64,000 bases of DNA, from the NCBI GenBank assembly GCA_012103475.1, contig WLWS01000006.1, positions 136,518 to 200,517 of the forward strand. The letters are read 5' to 3'. The first letter of the stretch is position 1. The number at the start of each line of letters is the position of its first letter. Under the pieces are notes generated by a model. That model saw nothing but the letters and a program-made list of their open reading frames with translations, was not told the DNA's origin and searched no databases. The DNA comes from Gammaproteobacteria bacterium. Lineage in GTDB: Bacteria; Pseudomonadota; Gammaproteobacteria; Eutrophobiales; Eutrophobiaceae. The position numbers and the translations under genes are program-made. Shown here one piece after another: positions 54,419 through 64,000 of the stretch.

Positions 54419-55738
54419 TTAGGGAAGGCTGAAATCATTTCTGATAATTTCACCGTTCGCCATCACAAATTTAACCCGTTCCAGCTCGCTTATGTCATCA
54501 AGAGGACTAGCTGAAACCGCAATAATATCAGCCAGTTGTCCGGCTTTAATACTGCCGAACTCGTCGCCCTTATACAGCATTTCGGCGGGCACCCGCGTCG
54601 CAGCTTGAATTGCCTCCATCGGGCTGAGGCCAGCCTCTATTAAAACGGCAAGTTCTCTGGCATAGACAGTTGGGTCGTAGTCATAGCCACCAAGATCTAC
54701 ACCGACGACAACGGGAACGCCGGCTTTATGCGCTTTGCCAACCAGGGAGAGAAAAATATGACGATAGTTTTTTATGTAGTCATCGTTGATAGTCTGTTCT
54801 CTCAATACGTAGCGAGGATCGGCATAATAGTCGCCAACATAAATAGTCGGTACCAGATAAGCACCGTGCTTCTTCATTAGACGAATGGCTTCATCATCCA
54901 TGTAACTGCCATGTTCAATCGAACGAGCACCCAAACGCACCGCCATCTTAATTCCTTCAGTGGCGTGAGCGTGTGCCATCACAGGCATGTCCTGGCGATT
55001 AGCTTCTTCCATAAGGGCCCGGAACTCCTCTTCTGAGAACTGGACATTGCGAGGATTATCCCCTACAGACATAAAGGCTCCGGTGACCAGTACCTTGATC
55101 CAGTCAGCGCCATACTTGGCTTCTGTACGAACGGCTTTACGAATTTCATCAACACCATCCACAACAAGGCCATCAGCAATCAATTGTTGCTCCGGCGAAT
55201 AATAATTCACATCGCCACCACCGCCGGTAATGGAAAGATAATGGGCTGCGCCAAAAATTCTTGGACCGATCAGGACACCTTCATCGATTAATCGTTTGAT
55301 GTCCTGGTTGCCATAGTAAACGTCGGTGTCACCGGCAACACGTACTGTGGTCCAGCCGGCATTGAGTAAATTTCTAAGTGCTTTGTAGCCCTTTAACGTT
55401 TTATAGGCCGATGAACCCTGCAGGTGGTCTGTCTGGTAATCATCTCCTGCTATAAGTGGGTGGGCATGACTGTCAATCAATCCGGGCAGAAGTGTTGCGC
55501 CGTTTAATTCAATCAGTTTTACATCGCGGGGTATGGCTTTCTTATCAACTAGTGCAATAATCCTGTTACCTTCGATAATAATTGTTTTGCCCCTCAAGGG
55601 CTTGTTTCCGATGCCATCAATGACCTGGGCTCCCACAAGCGCGATTTTCTCAGCAAGTATTAGCGGACTGCAACAAATCAGACAGAGGAAAATAAAGTGC
55701 TGACAAATTGATGGGTATTTCCGTTTCTTGCGAATCAT
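54419..55738 (-). CDS. secreted amidohydrolase-family protein (metal-dependent; imidazolonepropionase/prolidase-like)
   Basis: LLPGLIDSHAHP (HxH); later VMAHAHA and SIEHGS motifs; signal-like N-terminus. Start set to ATG 55738. Confidence 0.8.
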   Translation of the reverse strand: MIRKKRKYPSICQHFIFLCLICCSPLILAEKIALVGAQVIDGIGNKPLRGKTIIIEGNRIIALVDKKAIPRDVKLIELNGATLLPGLIDSHAHPLIAGDDYQTDHLQGSSAYKTLKGYKALRNLLNAGWTTVRVAGDTDVYYGNQDIKRLIDEGVLIGPRIFGAAHYLSITGGGGDVNYYSPEQQLIADGLVVDGVDEIRKAVRTEAKYGADWIKVLVTGAFMSVGDNPRNVQFSEEEFRALMEEANRQDMPVMAHAHATEGIKMAVRLGARSIEHGSYMDDEAIRLMKKHGAYLVPTIYVGDYYADPRYVLREQTINDDYIKNYRHIFLSLVGKAHKAGVPVVVGVDLGGYDYDPTVYARELAVLIEAGLSPMEAIQAATRVPAEMLYKGDEFGSIKAGQLADIIAVSASPLDDISELERVKFVMANGEIIRNDFSLP

Positions 55739-55866
55739 CTTACTCTCCCGGCTAAAAGCTGTTGTGACACTCAGCCCTAGATTACCGTTGATCTTCACGC
55801 TTTGAAACTCTGGTATGTTTTATCTGCTGCGTGCAAACTAGTACTGATTCTATAGCGGGGACCTGT

Positions 55867-57099
55867 ATGACGAAAATAAGACGTTGGTTGGTAATGGGAA
55901 TATTGAGTTTCTCCGGGGGCATAATTTTTATGCTGCCTTTCCTGCGTGAGGTCTACTATATTCCCATGCAGGAGGCCTTCGGATACGACCATCATCAGTT
56001 GGGCGTGATAATGAGTGTTTTCGGTACTGTCTCGTTAATCATGTATTTTCCGGGTGGCTGGTTGGCGGATCGTTATTCTTCCCGCAAATTAATGAGCAGT
56101 GCGCTAATTGCTACCGGTCTGGGTGGCTTTTACTTTTCAGGCTATCCTTCCTATCAGGCCAGCATCCTCCTTCATGCCTTCTGGGGAGTGACCATTTCCC
56201 TGGTTTTCTGGTGTGCCATGATCAAAGTGACACGTGCCTGGGCACCCGCCGAAGAACAGGGCAGAGCGTTTGGCATACTCGAAAGCGGGCGGGGAATAGC
56301 AGAGTTGCTGAGCTCAACTGTGTTTCTGGCGATATTTGCCTGGCTTGGAAGTAATGCACAAGCCTTGTCGCAAGTGATTATACTTTTCGCTCTGACAAAC
56401 ATTGTGCTTGGTATTCTTGCCTGGTTTATTTTTGAGGAGAACACTCAGGAAGAAAGTGTAAGCAATGAAAAGAAGGTGACGCTTAAGGACGTTATCGAAG
56501 TTCTAAAACTTCCGGCTGTCTGGTTGATTACGATTGTAGTGATGACGGCTTACAGTGCTTATTGGGGTTCTTTCTATTTTACGCCATGCGCGACGGATGT
56601 TTATGCCTTGAGCGTTGTGTTGGGCGGCGCTGTTGGCGTCGGTAAAATGTGGTTAAAGCCAGTCGCCGCGCTCGGTGCAGGTTTTATCGCTGACAAGTTT
56701 GGCGTAGCCAATTCGGTGTTTGCTTTTTTTATTCTAATGAGTGCAAGTTTTTTCGTATTCGGAATTATGCCCGGCGGAGAGGCATTTCTCGTACTGATGT
56801 TGATTAATGCCACAATTGCATCGCTAGCCGTCTTTGCCCTGCGCGGGATTTATTTTGCCCTGTTACAGGAAGGCGGCATTGCTCCTGCAGTGACCGGTAC
56901 GGCAACAGGTGTCATTTCCGCAATTGGCTTTACTCCTGATGCCTGGATGCCTCTCGTCGGCGGATACATTCTTCAGAATTACCCCGGTGCCGATGGATAT
57001 CGATACTTTTTTCTACTAATCACAGGCTTATGCCTTATTGGAACTGTGGCTGCGTATATAATTATGAGACGCACCCAACACCAACAACGAAGCACATAG
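55867..57099 (+). CDS. MFS transporter
   Basis: About 12 predicted TM segments; GGWLADRYSSRK loop motif. Confidence 0.8.
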   Translation: MTKIRRWLVMGILSFSGGIIFMLPFLREVYYIPMQEAFGYDHHQLGVIMSVFGTVSLIMYFPGGWLADRYSSRKLMSSALIATGLGGFYFSGYPSYQASILLHAFWGVTISLVFWCAMIKVTRAWAPAEEQGRAFGILESGRGIAELLSSTVFLAIFAWLGSNAQALSQVIILFALTNIVLGILAWFIFEENTQEESVSNEKKVTLKDVIEVLKLPAVWLITIVVMTAYSAYWGSFYFTPCATDVYALSVVLGGAVGVGKMWLKPVAALGAGFIADKFGVANSVFAFFILMSASFFVFGIMPGGEAFLVLMLINATIASLAVFALRGIYFALLQEGGIAPAVTGTATGVISAIGFTPDAWMPLVGGYILQNYPGADGYRYFFLLITGLCLIGTVAAYIIMRRTQHQQRST

Positions 57100-58245
57100 A
57101 TGAGTCGGACAAAGAAAATGGAGCAAACTCTTCCCTCGAGTTGGTATCTCGAACAAAGTATTTTTGAACTTGAACGCGAACACATTTTTTCTAAAGAATG
57201 GGTTTGCGTCGCTCGTGAAGAAGAGCTTGCGGTCGCAGGTGATCATAAAGTTCTGGACGTTTATGGTGAGAGTATTTTGCTTGTTAGAAATCAGGAAAAC
57301 CTCTTACACGCTTTTTATAATGTTTGCCGACATCGTGGTGCCAGCCTGTGCCCGGTCGCTGAGCAGGAGAATTCAAATGATCGCTTGCCACTCAGGGGCG
57401 GTGTCATCAACGGAGAAATGATTACCTGTCCCTATCATGCCTGGGGCTACGATTTGGATGGACAGCTTAAACAAGCACCGCATATGACAGAGGAGATGGG
57501 TTTTCGTGTAAAAGACATACAGCTGTATAAAGTCGGTTGTAAGACCTGGGGTGGATTTATTTTTATTAATTTGTGTCATGAGACAGCACCGTCTTTCGAA
57601 GAAATGATAACGACAAGTGCGGAACAGTTTAAACGTTACCCGCTAAGTGAGCTACGTATCGGTGCGACTATTCGCTATGAGGTAAATGCCAACTGGAAAG
57701 TGCTTTGTGAGAATTACAACGAATGTTACCACTGCGGCCCCGTTCATCCTGAGTTGTGTCAGATTGTGCCTGTGTTCAAACAGGCGGGTGGTGCCGAGCT
57801 GGACTGGGAGAAGGGTATCCCACATCGTGAAGGGGCGTGGACCTTTACTAAAACCGGAACAACAAAGCGGCGTTCATTTCCAGGCCTGAGTGAGTCCGAA
57901 ATCAATCATCATAAGGGCGATCTCATCTACCCAAATGTATTTCTCAGTCTATCCAGCGATCATATTGCGGTGTTTATTTTAAAGGCACAAAGTGTTGACA
58001 GGACAACTATTGACTGTCACTTTTTGTTTGAAACTTTTGAAATCGACAAGCCTGATTTTGATCCAGCTGACGCTGTCGATTTCTGGCATCTTGTCAATCG
58101 ACAGGACTGGAGTATTTGCGAAAGGGTACAGCAAGGTATGCAGGCACGAGTACATAAACAGGGAATGTTTTCGCCGATGGAGGACTGGAACCTGGATATT
58201 CGACGCTATGTTAAGGACCGCATCGGAAAATATCTGGAAGACTAA
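57100..58245 (+). CDS. Rieske [2Fe-2S] oxygenase alpha subunit (GbcA / choline-monooxygenase / Stc2-like class)
   Basis: CRHRGASL...CPYHAWGY. Catalytic domain with NYNECYHCGPVHPEL. The ATG directly follows the MFS stop. Confidence 0.85.
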   Translation: MSRTKKMEQTLPSSWYLEQSIFELEREHIFSKEWVCVAREEELAVAGDHKVLDVYGESILLVRNQENLLHAFYNVCRHRGASLCPVAEQENSNDRLPLRGGVINGEMITCPYHAWGYDLDGQLKQAPHMTEEMGFRVKDIQLYKVGCKTWGGFIFINLCHETAPSFEEMITTSAEQFKRYPLSELRIGATIRYEVNANWKVLCENYNECYHCGPVHPELCQIVPVFKQAGGAELDWEKGIPHREGAWTFTKTGTTKRRSFPGLSESEINHHKGDLIYPNVFLSLSSDHIAVFILKAQSVDRTTIDCHFLFETFEIDKPDFDPADAVDFWHLVNRQDWSICERVQQGMQARVHKQGMFSPMEDWNLDIRRYVKDRIGKYLED

Positions 58246-60320
58246 ATAATTTCTGAGGGAGGATGTTCGGCTATCGGAATATCCCGCAGGTAAAGAGACG
58301 CATTGCCTTGATCAAGATCACGAGCGTATTGATGACCTGAATGCACTGCGTGAACAAGGGCACCGGGAGCAAGGACATCGCCAACACGATCGATAGACTT
58401 TATTCCAGCTGAATCAAAATCATCAGTGTGCTTCATTAATTCGTGATAAAGCCCGTCGTTTGGTAAACGCAGACCGACGATGACTATCGAATTCGCCGCC
58501 TGATCAACTTGTTTTGCTGTAAAAATATTACTCAGCACTGCGCGTGATCCATCAAAACTATTCAATAAGGCTTGTGTCGTGATTTCAATATTGAATTTGT
58601 CCAGAGTCTGGTGAATGAAGGGTTGTTCATTGGTCATGATAGTCCAGGCGGAAGCGTGACCAGCAGGTGTTGCGTAAGACACTTCTTTACCTTCTCTGGC
58701 CAGAGCTTCGGCGATAACACCACCCAGGTAATAGTTATCAAAATCATAAACCAGAATGGGGCCTTCCGGGACAATGCCAGCGGCGAGGTCATCAGGCGTG
58801 TAGACATTTTCCTGATTCATCTGACCCTTTGGGATTTCGAGTGATGAGTACAAGGCGCGCGTCCAGTTGGCACCAGTGGCGATAGCGATACGCTGATGCT
58901 CAAGACCGAGAATGTCATCGACGCCAAGCTCACTTTCCGGATAAAGATTGACATTTGCCATCTGCCTGAGAGCATATAGACGATAATCCTGAACGCGTGC
59001 CCAGTTACTCAAACCCGGCAATTTGCTTTCATATAAGAGGCGTCCGCCCAGCTCTGAGTTTTTGTCCGCAATGGTAACCTCGTAGCCACGTCGCGCAGCG
59101 ATAAGACCGGCTTCAAGACCAGCGGGACCGCCACCAATGATGAGAACTTTGTCTTCACTGTCTGCTTTTGAGAATTTTTCCGGATGCCAGTTGCGACGCC
59201 ATTCTTCACCCGCTGTGGCATTTTGCGTGCAGCGCACCGGCACGCCATCGTGCCAACTTGAAATGCAGATGTTACAGCCGATGCATTCGCGGATTTCATC
59301 TTCCCGACCTTCTTTTATTTTATTCGGCAGGAAGGGATCCGCAATCGAAGGTCTGGCACCGCCAATCAGATCGAGTACGCCTCGTTTAATTTGCGAGACC
59401 ATGGTATCAGGCGAGGTAAAGCGGCCAACCCCGACGACAGGTTTTTGTGTGACTTGTTTTACGAAATCAATAACCGCTTCATGTGCGCCTTCGGGACGAA
59501 AACGTGATGCGCCACAGTCTGTCGGACTCGAGTCCATCTTAACGTCCCATAAATCTGGCGTGTCACTCATCAGACTCACGACTTCGTGCGCTTCTGATTC
59601 GTAGTGCGGGCTTTTTTTGCGGCGTAACTCTTCCAGGCTGATGCGCAGAGCAACGGCGCAGGTATCGCCGACTGCGTCTTTCGTTGCTTCAATTAATTCA
59701 TTGACAAAGCGCACGCGGTTTTTGACTGAACCACCGTATTCATCCGTGCGGTGATTGTATTCTTCCAGGAGAAACTGGTAGCCCAGATACCCCATGCCTG
59801 CATAGATGTAAACGATATCAAAGCCGGCACGTTTTGCCCGCAGGGCAGCAGCGACCTGCCAGTCGATGACATCGCGAATATCTTTTTTATCCATAATCCG
59901 TGGTCGCAGATTTCCCATAAAGCCGACATGGGTGGCAGCCCAGGGAATGCCTGATGGGGAATAGGGAGCAATTCTAGATGTCCGGTTCATGACGGCTCCG
60001 CCACCATGCCAGAGTTCAATGGCTGCCAGGGCCCCATGCTCGTGTATGGCCTCGCAACTTAAAGCGTGGGAACGCACATCATTTTCATCCCAAAGACGTG
60101 CAAAGGGCAGAGGACTGTCGTCCGATGAGGGGTGAGTGGATACCGCACCTGTGGAGACCACTCCCCAGCCACCTTCTGCCTTGGTGCCACGAAAGGCCGC
60201 ACGAACTCTGGGATTCGCCTCGGTCATCCCGCTAGCATGGGGAACCTGATAAAAACGATTCGGGGCAACAACCGGACCTATTTGTACAGGCTCAAACAAT
60301 ATTTCGTAGCGAGTATTCAT
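58242..60320 (-). CDS. OYE-like FMN + 4Fe-4S + FAD/NAD(P) flavoprotein (trimethylamine-dehydrogenase / DgcA / 2,4-dienoyl-CoA-reductase family)
   Basis: LFEPVQIGPVVAPNRFYQVPH; ECIGCNICISSWHDGVPVRCTQNATAGEEWRRNWHPE (TMADH-like Fe-S motif); VLIIGGGPAGLEAG. Confidence 0.8.
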   Translation of the reverse strand: MNTRYEILFEPVQIGPVVAPNRFYQVPHASGMTEANPRVRAAFRGTKAEGGWGVVSTGAVSTHPSSDDSPLPFARLWDENDVRSHALSCEAIHEHGALAAIELWHGGGAVMNRTSRIAPYSPSGIPWAATHVGFMGNLRPRIMDKKDIRDVIDWQVAAALRAKRAGFDIVYIYAGMGYLGYQFLLEEYNHRTDEYGGSVKNRVRFVNELIEATKDAVGDTCAVALRISLEELRRKKSPHYESEAHEVVSLMSDTPDLWDVKMDSSPTDCGASRFRPEGAHEAVIDFVKQVTQKPVVGVGRFTSPDTMVSQIKRGVLDLIGGARPSIADPFLPNKIKEGREDEIRECIGCNICISSWHDGVPVRCTQNATAGEEWRRNWHPEKFSKADSEDKVLIIGGGPAGLEAGLIAARRGYEVTIADKNSELGGRLLYESKLPGLSNWARVQDYRLYALRQMANVNLYPESELGVDDILGLEHQRIAIATGANWTRALYSSLEIPKGQMNQENVYTPDDLAAGIVPEGPILVYDFDNYYLGGVIAEALAREGKEVSYATPAGHASAWTIMTNEQPFIHQTLDKFNIEITTQALLNSFDGSRAVLSNIFTAKQVDQAANSIVIVGLRLPNDGLYHELMKHTDDFDSAGIKSIDRVGDVLAPGALVHAVHSGHQYARDLDQGNASLYLRDIPIAEHPPSEII

Positions 60321-60425
60321 TATCGTTTTTTTCTTAACTATGAAGACAATTTTGCTAGTAAACTTGGCGAAAGTCTATGAGCAGGGTAAAGGCAGTATGA
60401 TTACAGAAACTGGGGGAGTCTGAAA

Positions 60426-61340
60426 ATGAGTTATGAATCTATTCGCAAGAGGCTGGGTAAAGAAGAGTTGATTCTACTAGATGGTGGCACTGGCACAGAA
60501 ATCGAAAGACAGGGAGCAAAAATGAACGACGTTGCCTGGTGCGGTGTTGCACATGTAGATAAGCCCGATGTTGTCAGGCGTGTGCATGAAAGTTATCTGG
60601 CTGCTGGCTCCGATATTATTATTGCCAATACCTTTGGTACCGCACCCCACGTTCTCAGTGAACTGAATTTGCTCGAACAAAGCGAGGAAATAAACAAAGT
60701 GGCTGTAGAAATTGCCCTGCAAGCGAGAGATAACAGCGGCAAAGATGCCTGCGTAGCCGCTTCAATGTCTTCAATGCCTGCCTTTAATGTCCCTCAGGTA
60801 CCAGACGAACGGAAGTATTTTGCGGGCTACCAGCGAATGGCTGAAATTCTCGCGGAAGCCGGAGCGGAGCTCATTGTTACCGAGATGATGCTGGATAAAA
60901 AAAATGCCAGCATGGTTGTTGAAGCTGCCAACTCGGTTGATTTACCAGTCTGGATTGGATTTAGTGCCTCAGTTAATGAGAAGGAAAAAGTCATGAATTT
61001 TGAAAGTGGGGGTAATTGGGATTTCGATGTCATGACATTTGATGATATGGCCACCAGCGTATTACCGATTGGCTGCAGCGCTGCAGGTATAATGCATACG
61101 CGGGTAGATCATATTAATCCGGCGCTGAATGAATTAAAACAACACTGGGATGGCCCTCTGTTTGCCTATGCGGAAAGCGGACATTTCGTTGCGCCCAGTT
61201 GGAAATTCGAGGAAGTTATTTCCATAGAGGATTATCTGGTCTATGCGAAGCAATGGCGAGCCGGAGGTGCCCAGATAATTGGCGGTTGTTGCGGTATTGG
61301 GCCGGAGCATATACGTTGTCTGAAAGAGAACCTTCAATAA
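60426..61340 (+). CDS. homocysteine S-methyltransferase family protein
   Basis: ILLDGGTGTEIERQG; IGGCCGIGPEHI (Zn-binding Cys pair). Confidence 0.85.
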   Translation: MSYESIRKRLGKEELILLDGGTGTEIERQGAKMNDVAWCGVAHVDKPDVVRRVHESYLAAGSDIIIANTFGTAPHVLSELNLLEQSEEINKVAVEIALQARDNSGKDACVAASMSSMPAFNVPQVPDERKYFAGYQRMAEILAEAGAELIVTEMMLDKKNASMVVEAANSVDLPVWIGFSASVNEKEKVMNFESGGNWDFDVMTFDDMATSVLPIGCSAAGIMHTRVDHINPALNELKQHWDGPLFAYAESGHFVAPSWKFEEVISIEDYLVYAKQWRAGGAQIIGGCCGIGPEHIRCLKENLQ

Positions 61341-61371
61341 ATTAGAAACGAAAAGCTGAAAGGATAAATCA

Positions 61372-62286
61372 ATGGCTAATAAGCATTCTGTTTACCAAAC
61401 TATTTTACTTACAGTCTTTCTGCTCTGTGATTCAACTGCCGTTCTGGCCGAATCCTCAGAAGAAAAAATCACCCTACCGGGTAGTGAAAAAAGTTATACA
61501 GAAAAGGAGATTAATAATTTTTTTGAGGTACCTGACTGGTACCCGGAAAAACATATTCCAATGCCGACGGTAGTGAGTCACGGTGCCAAGCCGAAGGTTT
61601 TTGCCTGTGCGAGTTGTCACCTGACATCAGGTAGCGGTCATCCTGAATCGTCGGCGTTGGCCGGTTTGCCGGTGGAATATCAGATCAGACAGATGAAGGC
61701 CTATCAGAAATTTCAGCGTAACAGTGTCATCGGGGTGATGAATACCATCGCCAGAGCAATGACGAATGAGCAAATCCGAGATTCGGCTGAGTATTTTGCG
61801 GCTCTACCTGCCCTTGACGTACAGGAAGTCAGGGAGGCGATCGATGTGCCGCTGACTTACGTGAATAAGCGCTTCATGCTTCTCGAACTTGAATCAGGTT
61901 CAGATAAAAAAGAAAAAATCGGTGAGAGAATAATTATGCTTCCGGTTGATGAGAATCGTGTAAAGGCCCGCGACCCCTACGCTACTTTCATCACCTATGT
62001 TCCCGAAGGTAGTCTATTGACAGGGAAAAAACTTGTGAACGAGGGTAAGGGCAATGCTGCGGCCTGTACCAGCTGTCATGGTGCCGATTTGAAAGGAACC
62101 AGTGTGGCGCCCTTAATTGCCGGTCAGCATGCAAGTTATCTGAGGGCTCAATTACGCGATTACAAAGCGGGTATCAGGCGCGGAGAAGCCGATCCGGGAA
62201 AAATCATGGCCACGAACATGAAGTATTTCACTGACTGGGAAATTCTGGCAACCGCAGCTTATATAGCATCGTTACCAAGGCAATAA
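61372..62286 (+). CDS. di-haem c-type cytochrome, periplasmic
   Basis: Signal peptide; two CxxCH motifs (CASCH, CTSCH). Confidence 0.8.
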   Translation: MANKHSVYQTILLTVFLLCDSTAVLAESSEEKITLPGSEKSYTEKEINNFFEVPDWYPEKHIPMPTVVSHGAKPKVFACASCHLTSGSGHPESSALAGLPVEYQIRQMKAYQKFQRNSVIGVMNTIARAMTNEQIRDSAEYFAALPALDVQEVREAIDVPLTYVNKRFMLLELESGSDKKEKIGERIIMLPVDENRVKARDPYATFITYVPEGSLLTGKKLVNEGKGNAAACTSCHGADLKGTSVAPLIAGQHASYLRAQLRDYKAGIRRGEADPGKIMATNMKYFTDWEILATAAYIASLPRQ

Positions 62287-62308
62287 TCTGACGACGATTC
62301 TGATGTAA

Positions 62309-63433
62309 TTACTTGCGGTGTCTGCTGAAGAACTGCCAGATTAATTCAGAACCCCATACCTCTTTATCTGCCGGAGGAATCTCACATTGAGGAGTGTGAG
62401 AAATATCATCCATTTGTATGGCATCTGTGCACCAACCACCTCCTTTTCTGTTACCTGGCCAGGTATGCTCGCCACTGACCCAAAGACAGTCAATAACTTC
62501 CATATCGGTAGCACCACACTGCTGATAAATGTTGCATTGTAAATCTGCTGATTGCGCAGTTTTTCTCTGCCATGATTCCGGCTTCAGTGAACATTGCCCT
62601 TGTTGAGCCCAGTCAAGTGAGACTTTTTCTGCAGGGGTATAGTAAAAACCAGCGGACGATGCCGAACCATCGAAAGGGACAACGGTGTCCTGTGCACCAT
62701 TTATCTGTAACAAGGGAATGACAGAGTCTGGAACACAGTTGTAGCCTCGTGAAAGACGTCCATTGGCTAGTACGACGGCAGCGAATTCATGACTCAACTC
62801 GCAGGCAAGTCTTTGTGCGAAAGTTGCTCCGTTACTGAAACCGACAAGATAAGATCGTGCTGGATCAAAATTCAACTCTGTTTTAAGTTCAATAAGCAGT
62901 TTTTTGATAAAGCCGATGTCGTCATGACAGGCTGTCCAATGACACTTATTGCATTGACCACATTCAGGCGGACAGGCATAGATTTCGCTTTCAGCTGTGC
63001 AAAGTGGACCCAGAGGACCATCACTTTTATTCCCGGCAAGGTCATTCCATGAGCTGACAAATTGGGGCTTATTATTCGTGGTGTAGTCAAGAAAATGTGA
63101 AGCCTGCGGGTAGACGAGAATGAAACCGTGTTTTTCCGCATAATTGTTCAGACCTGCCGAGGTCTCCAGAGCCAGGCCGGTGGCAGTGCCCTGGTATCCG
63201 TGCAGGGCGAGTACAAGAGGGAGTGCTTTATCATTTCTGTATTGTTCTGGTAAATAGATGATGTACTCACGTTCATAGTTATCGTGGCGTATTGTTCTGC
63301 TTAGAAATTTCCCCGTTTCCAGACTGTGTTTAGTTTTAACACTGCTTTGACGAGACTCTATTGATGTACATCCGCTAGATAAGACGGAGATTAAAAGCAA
63401 CGCGCTGATAACAAACTTGAGTGTGACCTTCAT
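62309..63433 (-). CDS. lipoprotein esterase, PHB-depolymerase/LpqC-like alpha/beta hydrolase
   Basis: Lipobox-like LSSGC; PLVLALHGYQGTA; nucleophile elbow GFSNGA. Confidence 0.7.
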   Translation of the reverse strand: MKVTLKFVISALLLISVLSSGCTSIESRQSSVKTKHSLETGKFLSRTIRHDNYEREYIIYLPEQYRNDKALPLVLALHGYQGTATGLALETSAGLNNYAEKHGFILVYPQASHFLDYTTNNKPQFVSSWNDLAGNKSDGPLGPLCTAESEIYACPPECGQCNKCHWTACHDDIGFIKKLLIELKTELNFDPARSYLVGFSNGATFAQRLACELSHEFAAVVLANGRLSRGYNCVPDSVIPLLQINGAQDTVVPFDGSASSAGFYYTPAEKVSLDWAQQGQCSLKPESWQRKTAQSADLQCNIYQQCGATDMEVIDCLWVSGEHTWPGNRKGGGWCTDAIQMDDISHTPQCEIPPADKEVWGSELIWQFFSRHRK

Positions 63434-64000
63434 AAATTCCGGATGTCCACAAAACTTCCGCTTTCATAGCTCGTCAGGTGGTCCATTTGTCCAAGAATAG
63501 CATTAGCCGTCTGTATGGGCTGAGGCATAGCCTCAGTACCGCGTGCCAGTCTGAATTTTTCCAGGGCTGGAAAATCTCTGATCTGAGCTTCATTGTCATC
63601 ACAAAGATAATCTTGCATGGCCGTATCAACCAGACCGGGTGCAAGTGAGATGAAATGTGTGTCGCCATACTCCGTCGCATAGAGTTGCATGAGTTTATTA
63701 AGAGCTGCTTTGGAAAGGCTGTAACAGGCCCAGCCTTTTGTCGCTGATATGGCGGCTCCTGAAGAAATGGCGATGACCTGTTTGATTTCGATATTCTGAG
63801 CGAAGAGCCAATCCAGAATAGTTTTATTGGCCCAGACATTGACCTGCATGATTCGCTCAATATCGTACAATTCGATATCAGCAAGTGGCTTTAACTTACC
63901 AAAAATTCCAGCGTTTAAAAAGACGATATCTATTTGTTCAACATTGCCAAGTAAACGTGCCAGGGCAGGAGCAATTAACTCTTCTCTCTCAAGATCGCAG
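63430..64000 (-). CDS. short-chain dehydrogenase/reductase, 5' end outside window
   Basis: The frame stays open upstream of the track start to the window edge (…IDIVFLNAGIFGKLKPLADIELYDIERIMQVN…). Catalytic YSLSKAALN. The stop overlaps the downstream gene start by 4 nt. Confidence 0.8.
   Translation of the reverse strand, partial: CDLEREELIAPALARLLGNVEQIDIVFLNAGIFGKLKPLADIELYDIERIMQVNVWANKTILDWLFAQNIEIKQVIAISSGAAISATKGWACYSLSKAALNKLMQLYATEYGDTHFISLAPGLVDTAMQDYLCDDNEAQIRDFPALEKFRLARGTEAMPQPIQTANAILGQMDHLTSYESGSFVDIRNL

Noticed and set aside
60321-60425. Possible SAM/SAH-type riboswitch in the leader of the homocysteine methyltransferase gene
   Set aside because: I could not recognise any conserved riboswitch core or a stable multi-stem structure by eye. 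It would need a covariance-model scan before any claim.
1-64000. Scan for tRNA, rRNA, CRISPR arrays, IS elements, integrases, toxin-antitoxin or restriction-modification genes
   Set aside because: None recognised. All large ORFs have metabolic or transport assignments, and the only repeats found are the intragenic NuoL-like tandem repeat and short intergenic motifs.

Overview
64-kb chromosomal window with about 60 genes on both strands. I recognised no rRNA, tRNA, CRISPR array, transposase or integrase. The gene content (two TonB-dependent receptors, DUF3604, many SDR, NTF2-like and CoA-thioester enzymes) suggests a marine heterotrophic gammaproteobacterium; this is inference only. Block 1 (1-28.5 kb) is a catabolic island for an alicyclic, steroid-like or branched lipid substrate. 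It has a periplasmic PQQ dehydrogenase, cytochrome c and Tat-exported flavoprotein; NTF2-like proteins, an amidohydrolase and an epoxide hydrolase; an IpdAB-like CoA-transferase-fold pair; a thiolase-like/DUF35/double-MaoC (Ltp2-ChsH type) module; FadB/FadA homologues; a Rieske oxygenase; and a TonB receptor. This block shows clear decay: an acyl-CoA synthetase carries a 5' deletion, a frameshift and an in-frame TGA and is fused to an acyl-CoA dehydrogenase stub, and the TonB receptor is frameshifted. Block 2 (28.6-41.7 kb) is the most interesting part. It is one tightly coupled same-strand operon: cysteine-free ArsR-family regulator, SulP/STAS anion transporter, DabA (DUF2309, all four Zn-ligand positions present), then nine membrane genes in Mbh/Mrp order (mrpE-F-G, MbhD/E-like, mrpB, mrpC, mrpD-like, NuoL-like, NuoM-like), then a DUF2490-like outer-membrane protein. 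No redox (NuoB/C/D/H/I or hydrogenase) subunits are present. I read it as a candidate multi-subunit, complex-I-like inorganic-carbon pump, an expanded form of the two-gene DAB system. Its NuoL-like subunit carries a four-fold tandem repeat in the lateral-helix region. Block 3 (41.7-64 kb) holds mixed accessory metabolism: a double-CDGSH/cupin protein, a BBE-type flavoprotein, PPK2, GST, a TPR-sulfotransferase, a second TonB receptor, and a probable methylated-amine/betaine demethylation cluster (MFS, Rieske oxygenase, TMADH/DgcA-like flavoprotein, homocysteine S-methyltransferase, di-haem cytochrome c). All functional calls rest on motifs read by eye from the translations; no database search was run.
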